A DNA stretch of 64,000 nucleotides, from contig OZ024759.1 in NCBI GenBank assembly GCA_964016885.1, forward strand, positions 29,140,001 through 29,204,000, written 5' to 3'. The notes below the pieces were generated by a model. That model searched no databases and was not told the DNA's origin. It saw nothing but the letters and a program-made list of their open reading frames with translations. This DNA comes from Eledone cirrhosa. Lineage: Eukaryota. A program made the position numbers and the translations under genes. Positions within the stretch are counted from its first letter, which is position 1, and each line of letters begins with the position of its first letter. Shown piece by piece: positions 12,676 to 24,220 of the stretch.

Positions 12676-13175
12676 GTGGGCTCCCTTCTTCGCCCACTTA
12701 TTCCTGAGAGGGTTGTGGGGGCAGACTCCTCAAACACTCCTTCCAACGGGGGGGGGGGGGGGGGGGCTCTTGTCAGAAGCAACCATCTCCAACTGATCTG
12801 GCTGGATCTCCAAGCATGACCAGCCAAGCTCATGGATGTTATCCAACCTCTGGGTCTCTTGCCAGTTGGCTTTGCTCGTAAAATTGTGTGTGCTGGGTGG
12901 CCTGGATCTCTGGAAAGCATTTAAGCAATGGCAATCGGGAGCGATAGTCCCAATTTTCAAAAAGGGGGACAAGAGAGATTGTTCCAATTACAGAGGGATC
13001 TCCTTGTTAAGCCTCCCCAGTAAAGTCTATGCTAAGTATCTGGCAAAGAGATACAGTGAGATTGTTGAGTCCAAGCTAGCTGATGAACAGTGTTTTTCAC
13101 TCTGGATGTAACACAGCCAACCAAATATTTATACTGTGGCAGGTCTTTGAGAAACCGTGGGTGTATTGCTAAGAA
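12676..13175. mobile_element. RTE-clade LINE fragment with internal inversion
   Basis: 12676-12900 is the element 3' end on minus (KPTGKRPRG); 12900-13175 on plus encodes WQSGAIVPIFKKGDKRDCSNYRGISLLSLPSKVYAK (RT N-terminal region). Confidence 0.85.
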
Positions 13176-13242
13176 GTATATTCTTGTGGGCTCCCTGTTG
13201 TTGTTATTGTTGCTAAAGTGTGTTGTCTTATTTATTTTCCAG

Positions 13243-13430
13243 CTTCCAGCCAACCTAACCTGTTAGCTGTTAATCAAGATTTAACGAAATTACATTTACA
13301 CATTTTGGTTGGTGTCATTATGACGTTCTTCTTTATTCTCACCTTCATCATAATAATCTTCTGCCTCAGACGTAAGAAGCAGCACCACGGAGGCACTGAC
13401 TACAAGAAAAGGGTTATTGTTATGAAACCA
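13243..13430 (+). CDS. FGFR: FGFR exon: transmembrane helix (ILVGVIMTFFFILTFIIIIFCL) plus stop-transfer RRKK
   Basis: ttccag / gtaagt, phase 1 to 0, in frame with both neighbours. Confidence 0.92.
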
Positions 13431-14107
13431 GTAAGTTATTCCTCTCTCAACTCCTTATATACTCAGAAACTTCAACCTTTTTCAAAATAGACCACCCAAA
13501 CTTCCCCTAGTTCTATGATACAAAATTGTTTATGCCCTTAATCAACAACAGAGACCATTTTAAGATGTGGTCTCACCATACATACACCCCAGACATATTT
13601 TAAAGAGATCCTATTCCCCATTTGTTTAGTGTCATTGAGTTCTACCCACAGAGGCCATTTTAACACAGAGACACAGAGGCCATTTTAAGATCTGGTACCA
13701 TCATTTACCATTGGGGTGTCCTTGGTTTCTCTTTCTCAGGTATCATACATACACCCCAGACAGATTTTAGAGGGACCAACTCTGGTTATACAATATAAAT
13801 CTTTCTATTTTAAAATGACTATATTTATCATAATTTTATATAAGAACCTTTATTAAGTTATTTCCAAACACCAGTTAAATCCTTTTGATACCAAACTGTC
13901 TCACACCACTCCTGGTTCTACGATACAATACTGTTTATTTTTAAATGTTTATATTTATTTAAAAACCTTCCATCATAATTCAAGATGATGATGATGATGA
14001 AGATGATGATGATAGTGATATATCCACTACTACAGCTTTGTTGCCCCCCCCCCCCCCCCATCCCATCTCTAGAATGACCTATGTTGCCAGAAAAAAGTTA
14101 TATATAT

Positions 14108-14138
<31 letters not shown>

Positions 14139-14614
14139 GGAGGGCCCTTTAGTTTGGTCAAGGACATGACAACCTCCCTAGTGCTGGTGTGGTGATCTAC
14201 GCAATCAAAGCATCCAATACATGCTGTAAAGTGGTTGGTGTTAGGAAGAGCATCCAGCCGTAGAAAGCTTGCTAAACAAGGCTTTGGGAGGACCCTGCAA
14301 TTTGTGTAAAAAAAAGACACAACTTCTCCTGTGCATTTAATAGAAAGTATGACTGTACATAAGCGAGATGCAGACCCCCCTCAGCATCTCTGGGAGGTCA
14401 ATAGCCCCATTTCAGAACTGTCTTGGTCTAATGTCCTTACTAGCAGGGCTAGGGGACATTAAACGATGATGATACACACGCATTTCCACTACTAAATCTT
14501 TGTTATTCCTCCTTCCGCCATCTCTAGATTATAACCAGAAGAAACTATACATCTCCCCACACTATACTCATATCCCCTACTAAATCTTTATAATTTTTGC
14601 CCTTCAATCTCTAG

Positions 14615-14772
14615 AACGACCTTTATTACCAGAAGAATCTCCAGAATGTTATGCAACCACTTGTGCCTCAAGTCCGAATTGAAGGTCCAAGACGGAGACT
14701 GTCTTCGGAGTTGACCACTATGTCTGAATACGAGATACCTTTGGATAAAAACTGGGAATTTCCTCCAGATCG
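14615..14772 (+). CDS. FGFR: FGFR exon: juxtamembrane (NDLYYQK...RRRLSSELTTMSEYEIPLDKNWEFPPDR)
   Basis: ctctag / gtgaga, phase 0 to 2; RLSS and SEYEIPLDxxWEF match the FGFR juxtamembrane. Absent from the ORF track; translated manually. Confidence 0.93.
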
Positions 14773-14805
14773 GTGAGAATACAATATTTCTATCTTTTGT
14801 TATTT

Positions 14806-14999
14806 TTAACCCTTTAACATTTAATCTGGCTAGAAATCTCTCGCCTCTTCCTGTTCAAACCAGCCATAACTTATGCTAAGGTGTTGTTCTCAAAATAAAT
14901 AATATGAAAATCTCATAGATTCGATATTATGTGGGATAAAGTGTTTACCGTGAAAACAACAATAGTATATATAGAGTAATGTAAATGCTAAAGGGTTAA
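14806..14999. mobile_element. piggyBac-type MITE, reverse orientation, 33 nt downstream of an FGFR donor
   Basis: TTAA-CCCTTT...AAAGGG-TTAA. Confidence 0.85.
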
Positions 15000-15502
15000 C
15001 TTTTCACCCTTATAATTCTCCACAATTACCAATATTATATACAATAATAAACACTAGATTAGTTCATATATTCACCAATATTATATACACAGCATGGCAG
15101 AATAGTTAAGGAGTTTTCTCAACAATCATTTGGTTCCCAGTTCAAACCCACTACATGTCAGATTAGACAAGTGTCATTTACAATAGCCTCGGGTCAACCT
15201 ATGCTTTGTAAATGAAATAAGATAGTCAGAAACTGTGAGGAAACATGTACCCTACAGCTCAGAGGGCCAGAGATGCTGTACTTTACCCTGTTTTTCTCAA
15301 CTATAATTTATAGTGATTGACAACTGTTATAGTTTCCTGCATTGTGACAACTACATTTTAAATTTCTAATCAATTAAGACTCAATATTATCTAAAACCTG
15401 CCTATCTTTGTCAGAAATTGCCCCTCTATATTTCTGTGTTGTGTAAAACCTCTACCTGACATTTTAAATTTAATGCTCACCCCCATCTTCTCTATTTTCC
15501 AG

Positions 15503-15618
15503 TTTAATTATGGGTAAACAGCTGGGATCCGGAGCCTTTGGCGTCGTTATCAAAGCTGAAGCTATCGGTATTGGAGGATGTAAGGGAAGAGTTCCGGTGG
15601 CTGTGAAAATGTTAAAAG
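15503..15618 (+). CDS. FGFR: FGFR kinase exon: P-loop GSGAFG and VAVKMLK
   Basis: ttccag / gtaatt, phase 2 to 1. Confidence 0.96.
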
Positions 15619-16001
15619 GTAATTTTTGTTTTTATGTATACGATGATGATGATGAGGTTGTTTGTGTAGTGTTGTTGTTGATGTTGTTACTTATGTAGTT
15701 CTGTTTTTGAGAGAATGTGGAATGGTTTTTAATTATTCTTCAAATTGCAACTGGTAGATAATATCTGCAATGGAAAAACCAATGGAAACATTGTCCGATA
15801 TGACAATCGGCACCTTTCTTCTGCCACAATTTCTGACTGACAGATAGTATCAGCAATAGAAAGACTGATGGAAACATTGTTTCCTTGGTCCGATATAACA
15901 ATCAGTACCTTTCTTCTGCCAGATAAAATTGGCAATGGAAAGACTGCTGGAAACACATGGTATGTTATTATGTTTGATGGTATGTTATCTGTTATTTGCA
16001 G

Positions 16002-16112
16002 AGGATGCTACAGAAAGAGAATTGGCTGATCTTGTGCAGGAGATGGAAGTTATGAAAGTTATCGGGGCCCATAAAAACATTATTAACCTGTTGGGCTGTT
16101 GTACCCAGAATG
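16002..16112 (+). CDS. FGFR: FGFR kinase exon: helix C ([18 protein letters not shown]) and [13 protein letters not shown]
   Basis: ttgcag / gtaagt, 111 nt, phase 1 to 1. Confidence 0.97.
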
Positions 16113-16511
16113 GTAAGTAATTCTTGAGGTTCTTCTTCATTGTAGCATGGATATCACTACATCACTGCCCCTTACTTATAACTATCTCGTTCAGCCATAG
16201 AAACCACACCAAAATAGAGAATGTATGAGTAAGATGTAAAATGGTATGGTATGCTCCTGTAATTTCCCGGGGAGTCGTAGGAACCCCTTATTGACATACA
16301 GCATTTCTAGGGCATTTTTTTAACTTGGCGGAACCTAGAGAACCCTAACCTCTGTAGCAAGTGAGAAAGAGATATAGAGGAAGAATCGATCCCAGTATTA
16401 GACTGTTTGTCGACCTTGACTAGATGAAAGGCAAATTTGAACTCAGAGAGCTGGAACAAATACCACAAAGCATTCTATCCAATGTTCTAAAGATTCTGCC
16501 AGTTCGTTGCC

Positions 16512-16724
16512 TTAACCCTTTAGCATTTACATTACTCTATATTTACTATTGTATTTTCACAGTAAAGGCTTTATCTTACATAATCATCTCACATATCAAG
16601 TCTACAAGATTTTGATATTTATTTTAAGAACAATACCTTAACGTAAGTATGAGTGGCCTATTACAGCCAGTTTGAACAGAAAGAGGTGAGGGAGTTCTGG
16701 CCAGTTTAAATGCTAAAGGGTTAA
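16512..16724. mobile_element. piggyBac-type MITE
   Basis: TTAA-CCCTTTAGCATTTA...TAAATGCTAAAGGG-TTAA. Confidence 0.88.
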
Positions 16725-16787
16725 GATGTAAAATGGTGATGATAAATTAATGAAATGTCTCCTTTCCTTACATTATTCATTATTCCA

Positions 16788-16975
16788 GTGGGTTGGCAGT
16801 ATTGGTAGAGGGTCTGACGCCATGCTTTGCAGCAAAGAGTTACGGCCCTTTATGGTCTGAGTTCAAATCCCGCTGAAGTTAACTTTGCCTTTCATCCTTA
16901 CGGGGTCGATAAAATAAAGTACCAGTAATGCACTGAGTAATTGCTGGCCTTGTGCCAAAAGTAGAAACAATTATT
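16788..16975 (+). mobile_element. SINE family 1 copy in FGFR intron
   Basis: Near-identical to 5172-5360. Confidence 0.88.
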
Positions 16976-17518
16976 CATTATTCCTTATTCCTTTATTACC
17001 ATATCACTAATGAAATCAATGCCTGTGATTTTCAAATGATTTTGAAAACAATCAAATAATGAAGAATTAGAATAGATCTCAGCGTTAAGTTGGTGTTTGT
17101 ATAACTTGTCTGAAATACAGCTTAACAGGAGTTCTTAAATGGTTATTTTTTAGATAAATATAAACACGTAAACCCTTTCGTTATCATATTTCTAATGAAA
17201 GACACTGTGTATGATTTACAAATAATTTTTTAAATGATATAGAATTTTGTGAGATTTAATAATATAACTTTCTCTATTAATCTGATGTTTGGAACATAAC
17301 TTAATAATGGTTCTTATATAAAATCTCTATGGCTGGATGCCCTTCCTATTCATCAGCCACTTTACAGAGTCTACTAGATACATTCTATTGTGGCACCAAT
17401 ACTAGAGAGGCTGGTGTGCCCTTGAGCCCTCTCAGCCCTTTTTGCCATGGTTTTCTACATTAAAAAAATATATATATTTATTTCATGTTTCCCTCTTTAT
17501 TTCCTTCTCTCTTTGCAG

Positions 17519-17709
17519 GACCCTTAATGGTTATTGTTGTGTATGCACCCCATGGTAACCTTAGAGATTTTCTACGTGACCATCGACCCGCTGTATGGTC
17601 AGGAGATACCTATGAAAGGCCCTTAGCTACCAGATCTCTCACTCAGAAAGACCTCATTTCATTTTCCTATCAAGTAGCTAGAGGAATGGAGTATTTAGTA
17701 TCAAAAAAT
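17519..17709 (+). CDS. FGFR: FGFR kinase exon: hinge, kinase insert, helix E ([20 protein letters not shown]...[13 protein letters not shown])
   Basis: ttgcag / gtaagt, 191 nt, phase 1 to 0. Confidence 0.96.
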
Positions 17710-18768
17710 GTAAGTTGACAAATATTCTTCTTCTTGTTTCCCTCCTTCCCTCAACTTTTTTTTTTCTCTCATTTTCTTTTGCTGTTGTACCTTGAGCAAG
17801 TGTTAGAAATGGGATTTTGTAGAGAGAAACTGTGTGGAAGCCTGTCGTCTATGTCTGTTTATTGATTAAAAAAACGGTGCATAAATTGGTGTTTCAAAGA
17901 TTGTCTTATGCAACTATATGTGTATGTGAGTATGTCAAACAAAAGTCTTATACATAAAACCATATGTGTATATATATGTATATCTATCTAAGGCGGGTAA
18001 AATTCCCGAGATCCATGGACGAGTTCTCTCCAGCGGTCTCTGTCCCTCATTATTGCTGCCATATCCTGCATCTCCAACAGACCAGTGTCTGTCCTTAGGG
18101 CATCAACATATGTTAACCTTGGTCTTCCTCTTCTAGTGTGTCCATGTATATGTGTCTGTTTATTGGCAAAGATTCATGTGTAAATTGGTATATCGAACAA
18201 AAGTTGTCTTATAATACATGCAACTATATGTGTATATATGTGTGTGTGTGTGTGTGGCAGTGAAATATAGATATTAGGCCATCAGATTAAAAATACCAGT
18301 GTATTTGTTCAGGCACACTTTACTCTGAGGTCAATTACCGTACTCTGAGGTCAACTTCACCATTCATCCTTTCTATGACTGGTGTCAATTCTCTCTTTCT
18401 TGAAGAAATCAGCTGTGTTCCAACCTGGATTGTGGTTGGGCATTTTAAACCTGCCAGGTTTAAAATGCCCAAAACACACCATCAGGACAATGTGCTATCA
18501 TATTAGGAAATAAAGACTCCTTTCCCCTTTTTTTTATGTATGTGTAAGATTTGTGTGTGTGGTCTTGTCTGAATTTGTGTAAACATTTGATGAGCTAGTT
18601 GAATCGGAGTCGAGCTATATGTTTGCAATGGCATTACATAACTAGAAGTAGCTTTGAACCATTCAATTGTGAAACATGTGTCATGTGAGTATGCTAATAA
18701 AAACCTGTTAAACTGAAATTTCATTGTCTATATCTCCCTATGTGTGTGTGTACATATAATGTGTATGA

Positions 18769-18990
<222 letters not shown>

Positions 18991-19633
18991 TAAAGCTTTG
19001 GACAAAATGCTTTGTAGCATTTAGATACAAGCCATTACATTGGGGCTTTAGTTCAACTGGGGTCAACTTTGCCTTTCGTCCTTCCGGGATCGATAAAATT
19101 ATGTGCCAGTAAAGCACTAGGGTCGATCTTATCAACTTTCCCCTCCTGCCAAAATTGTTGGCCTTGTGCCAATGTACGAAATAGTTATTATTATTAGGGA
19201 GGTGGGTTGGCAGTATCAGTAGGGCATAAAACAACATGCTTTGCGGCATTACAGTTACAGCCCTTTACGTTCTGAGTTCAAATCCTGATGAATATCCAAT
19301 GTTACACTGCCCCACAGGTCTTTGTGTTCCTCCCTTGTGTCCAGTTATTAACCCTTTCAATAACACGCCACCAGGGACTGGCTGTTTTTCTACGATATAA
19401 AATATCTTATTTCAAATTGAATGTTTTCAATTTAAATTAAAACCTTCCATCATAAAAACATGTAGTTATATTCCAAACACAAGTTTGATAATGGAAGAGT
19501 TAAATATTTTACTAAATTCATCTAAATTTTTGGATATTTTCAAAAGAATTTGCAACACATAGGCAGCATTATTTTATTACAAATATGGTCCCAAATGGAT
19601 TAAAGATTTTTCATGTTTCTTCTCTTCTAATAG

Positions 19634-19704
19634 GGTCGACTGCCAGTGAAATGGATGGCACCAGAAGCTTTATTTGACAAAAAATATACCACAAAAAGTG
19701 ATGT
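19634..19704 (+). CDS. FGFR: FGFR kinase exon: GRLPVKWMAPEALFDKKYTTKSDV
   Basis: aatag / gtaagt, 71 nt, phase 0 to 2; manual translation. Confidence 0.97.
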
Positions 19705-20229
19705 GTAAGTATTTCTTCCAAATTCCTTCAGATACTAAACCACCTAAAACAACCCTGGTTCTAAAATAGAAAATTGTTTTTAAATGTTTCTGTGTCCCTC
19801 TAAAAAAAATTTCTTTGTAATTTTATGTAAGAACCTTTGTTAAGTTATGTTACAAACATCAGATTAATAATGAGTAAATTACCCTATTAAATCTCTCAAA
19901 ATTCTTAATTATTTGAAAATCAGTGACCTTCATGAGAAATATGGTAATGAAAGAGTTAAAGTGTTTATATTTATCTAAAAACTTTCCATCATAATCTTAT
20001 ATACGAACCAGATTAATAACGAGATAATAGTTAATTATATTAAATCATATAGTGCCTTTTAGTACCAGTCCAGTACTGAGGTCGATTCTTCCTCTATATA
20101 TCTCTATTACTCTCTCTCTCTCCTTCTGTGGAAGAAATCAGTTGTGTTCAAACTTGGAGAGGAGATGGATTCTGCCATGCTTAAAATGTCCAAGAAAGAT
20201 ACATAAATTGTTGTGTCTGTCTTTTATAG

Positions 20230-20367
20230 GTGGTCCTATGGAATTCTTCAGTGGGAAATCTTCACGTTAGGAGGCAATCCATACCCATCAATCCCAGTAG
20301 AAGAACTGTTTAAGTTGCTGCGAGACGGCTACAGAATGGAACAACCTCCGTATTCTTCAGATGATAT
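20230..20367 (+). CDS. FGFR: FGFR kinase exon: [39 protein letters not shown]
   Basis: ttatag / gtaagt, 138 nt, phase 2 to 2; manual translation. Confidence 0.97.
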
Positions 20368-20379
20368 GTAAGTTACCAC

Positions 20380-21115
20380 AATACCACTCTACTACCTGTC
20401 TCTCGTCATACATCTACACTACACAACTGCCATACCACTGTACCTCTATACCAGTGTCTTGTCATACATCTACATTACACAACTGCCATACCACTGTCCC
20501 TCTATACCTGTCTCTCGTCATACATCTACACTACACAACTGCCATACCACTGTACCTCTATACCTGTCTCTTGTTATACATCTACACTACACAACTGCCA
20601 TACCACTGTACCACTATACCAGTCTCTTGTCATACATCTACACTACACAACTGACATACCACTCTACCTCTATACCTGTCTCTTGTTATACATCTACACT
20701 ACACAACTGCCATACCACTGTACCACTATACCAGTCTCTTGTCATACATCTACACTACACAACTGACATACCACTCTACCTCTATACCTGTCTCTTGTTA
20801 TACATCTACACTACACAACTGCCATACCACTGTACCTCTATACCTGTCTCTTGTCATACCACTGTACCACTATACCAGTCTCTTGTCATACATCTACACT
20901 ACACAACTGCCATACCACTGTACCACTATACCAGTCTCTTGTCATACATCTAACTGCCATACCACTGTACCTCTATACCTGTCTCTTGTCATACATCTAC
21001 ACTACACAACTGACATACCACTCTACCTCTATACCAGTGTCTTGTCATACATCTACACTACACACCTGCCATACCACTGTACCACTATACCAGTCTCTTA
21101 CATCTACACTACACA
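20380..21115. repeat. 56-bp minisatellite, about 13 copies, starting just after an FGFR donor
   Basis: ccataccactgtacctctatacctgtctcttgtcatacatctacactacacaactg. Confidence 0.95.
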
Positions 21116-21764
21116 ATTAACACAGACCAAAGATAAACTTATGAAAACAGCATAGGTACAGTAGTCACAATTTATATTTCTCTGCCTCACACTACTGTAT
21201 ACCATCACAGATACACACACTTTATCAAAAATCTGTCATGTACTGTGTTCATTTAATCCATAAAAAATGTTTATGTATCTCTAAATATCATTATCATCAT
21301 CATCGTTTAACCCTTTAGCTAGCATTTAAACCGGCTGTAACCGACTGCTTATACTTATGTTCAGGCATTGTTATAAATAATTGTTTCTACTTTTGGCACA
21401 AGGCCAGCAATTATCCCAGTGTATTACTGGTACTTTATTTTATCGACCCCGTAAAGATGAAAGGGAAGGTTAACCTCGGCGGGATTTGAACTCATCATAA
21501 AGGGAGGTAACTCTATGCTTCAAAGCATGGCGTCCGACCCTCTAAAATAATATCAAAATCTCATAGCTTCGATATTATGTGAGGTAAAGCCTTTACTGTG
21601 AAAATACAATGGTAAATATAGAGTAATGTAAATGCTAAAGGGTGAACATCCACTTTCCACGCTAGCATAGGTTAGACAGGTTGTCCCATTAGAGGCAAGC
21701 TGAGTTGGGTGATCTTGTCTTGTTCATATAAGACTGTATAAATGTTTTCCTCTTTTCAACATTC

Positions 21765-22290
21765 ATGAATCTATCTCGCTATCCGATCCGGTTGACCACC
21801 GAGTCTATTGTAACGATTAAGCCGCCTCCCCTCTTCAAAAACGAAGGAGAGGCATTTCTGTGCATAATAGCCATGGTGAAGGGGGTTGTATGGTGGACGC
21901 GTCTGAAAGGACTGAGGTCAGACACCTTTCTCTCTGGCCAACAACTGGTCCGTTTCTTCCGATATCATTTCGGAAGAAGGATCAGGATGGAGAGAGAGGT
22001 GCTGCACCCCAGCCGTTTTTATGAAAGATGGGTGAAAGTGGCGAGAATGGCCCATGTGAATGGGCCTTCACTCTACATCAGACTGTAGGTGAGAAAGATA
22101 AAAGATCAAGGGAGCACTCTCTTTCTGTGCTCCTGAGGAGAAGGGTTGTTGCACAAGAGGATTTTGTTATTCAATTTATTTTATATTTTTATATTTTGTT
22201 ATTGCCTCCTCCTTATTGAGGACGCCTTTTTATGTAAACTCCCCTCTTTGTACTTGACCCACTCTTTGATGCCCTGGTGGCAAATAAAAA
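21765..22290 (+). mobile_element. L1/Tx1-like LINE 3' fragment
   Basis: ORF KGVVWWTR...FRYHFGRRIRME...FYERW resembles Tx1-type ORF2 C-terminus; ends in AATAAAAA. Confidence 0.5.
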
Positions 22291-22360
22291 GCAAGTTATC
22301 TATCCATCCATCCATCTTTCTACCTACCTATCTATCTCACTATCTCTCTCTTTCCTGCAG

Positions 22361-22466
22361 GTATAATATAATGCAAAAATGCTGGGTACAAAAGCCGGAA
22401 GACCGGCCTACATTTTCAACACTGGTGCAAGAAATTGACAAGATCCTCACGTCATTACTAAACGAG
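22361..22466 (+). CDS. FGFR: FGFR last kinase exon: YNIMQKCWVQKPEDRPTFSTLVQEIDKILTSLLNE
   Basis: ctgcag / gtgtgt, 106 nt, phase 2 to 0; CW...RPTF motif. Confidence 0.95.
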
Positions 22467-22644
22467 GTGTGTGTGTCTCCTCGTAACTTTGGCAACAAGG
22501 ACGGGACAGTGTTGCAGATAATATTAAGGGTGTGTCTGATTATAGAGGTAGTGGGGTGGGCAGGGGAAAAAAAAAACAAGAATGGCAGTAATGTAGTTTG
22601 ATCAGTGTATGTGTGTGTGTGTGTTTGTGTGTGTTTAAAGATCT

Positions 22645-23425
22645 GTATGTTGTATAACCTGTAAGTCTGTATGTATATGTTGTATAACCTGTAAGTCAGT
22701 GTGTGTATGTATATGTTGTATAACCTGTAAGTCAGTGTGTGTATGTATATGTTGTATAACCTGTAAGTCAGTGTGTGTATGTATATGTTGTATAACCTGT
22801 AAGTCAGTGTGTGTATGTATATGTTGTATAACCTGTAAGTCAGTGTGTGTATGTATATGTTGTATAACCTGTAAGTCAGTGTGTGTATGTATATGTTGTA
22901 TAACCTGTAAGTCAGTGTGTGTATGTATATGTTGTATGCCCTTGAGTCAGTGTGTGTATGTATATGTTGTATAACCTGTAAGTCAGTGTGTGTATGTATA
23001 TGTTGTATGCCCTTGAGTCAGTGTGTGTATATGTATTATGACCTGTAAATCTATGTGTGTGTGTGTGTGAGTGCTTCATTCAGTATGTTAGTAGAAATGT
23101 GTCAGTATATATGTATGTGTGCATGCTTCAATCAGTGTGTGTAACTTGGTGTATAACAGTATGTGTGTGGTATGGTGTGATCGTCAGTATGTATGTATTG
23201 TATCCCGTAAGTGTGTGTGTGGGTGCATGCATGTATGTATGTATTATGTCCCGTAAGTCAGTGTGTATATATGTATGTTGTCCTGTAAGTCAGTGTGTAT
23301 ATATGTATGTTGTCCTGTAAGTCAGTGTGTATATATGTATGTTGTCCTGTAAGTCAGTGTGTATATATGTATGTTGTCCTGTAAGTCAGTGTGTATATAT
23401 GTATATGTCCTGTAAGTCAGTGTGT
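22645..23425. repeat. 36-bp and 32-bp minisatellites containing CTGTAAGTCAG
   Basis: tgttgtataacctgtaagtcagtgtgtgtatgtata repeated; explains CVCICCITCKSV ORF. Confidence 0.92.
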
Positions 23426-23631
23426 GTGTGTATGTCTGTTGCAGTGTGTTGGTATATGACAGCATGTAAGTATGTTTTTTTTTTTATATATATATATTGT
23501 TTATTAAATATTAATTTAGTTGATCAGGAAACTGTCAGAAATTATCATTATCATTATTATTATTATCATTGTTATTATTATTAGGGGACAAAATAATACT
23601 TTTATTTCAATCTTCCTCATAATTCTACCTG

Positions 23632-24028
23632 TTACCCTTTTGATACCAAACAGCCCATGATTCTACAATTCTACAATAGAAAGTTGTTTGTTTTCAAGTG
23701 TTTATATTTATCTTTAAAAAAAAACAAAAAACCTTTGTTAAGTTATGTTCCTGGCTCCAGCTTAATCTTTTTGATACCAAACCATCTGAAATTTACCTTG
23801 GTTCTATGATAGAAAACTATTTTTAAATGTTTATGTCTATCTAAAAAAAAAAACCTTCCATCATAATTTTATGTAAGAACCTTTGTTAAGTTATGTTCCA
23901 GACAACAAGTTAAGAATAAGAAATTTAATTATATTCTTAAATTTCTCCTAATTCTTGATTATTTTCAAAATGATTTGAAAACCATAAGCAGTGTCTTTTA
24001 TTAGAATTATGATAAAGGAAAGGGTTAA
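23632..24028. mobile_element. Second, older piggyBac-like MITE family (CCCTTTTGATACCA end)
   Basis: Ends in AAAGGG-TTAA; related degenerate copies near 13876, 17170, 19348, 19730, 27750-28130, 63880. Confidence 0.6.
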
Positions 24029-24178
24029 AGGGTTTATATTTATGAATATAATATAATATAATATAATAAGGTTCAATGGGGTCTCCCCTTTCTGAGAAGA
24101 TAGCTGTTTCACTTGCTGCTATTATTATTGTTGTTGTTGTTGTCAGCATGTGTGTACCGAACTGTTTCTTTCAAACAG

Positions 24179-24220
24179 CCTGACGAGGACCAGTCCGTGT
24201 TTGAAATGCCGTGCTACTGA
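24179..24220 (+). CDS. FGFR: Candidate alternative terminal FGFR exon (PDEDQSVFEMPCY*)
   Basis: tgtttctttcaaacag acceptor, open phase-0 frame, DQSVF resembles vertebrate FGFR tail DDSVF, AATAAA at 24505-24510 followed by a GT-rich tract. Confidence 0.5.
   Translation, partial: PDEDQSVFEMPCY

Noticed and set aside
13079-13095. CTGATGA here and near 19285 and 30432
   Set aside because: No flanking stems or GAAA/UH arrangement; chance matches, the first two within LINE/SINE sequence.
20361-21155. Overlapping repetitive ORFs
   Set aside because: 56-bp minisatellite, unit not a multiple of three.
24180-24215. CTGACGA-GGAC-ca-GTCC as a hammerhead core
   Set aside because: Stem II is followed by GTG rather than GAAA and no stems I/III form; better read as coding.
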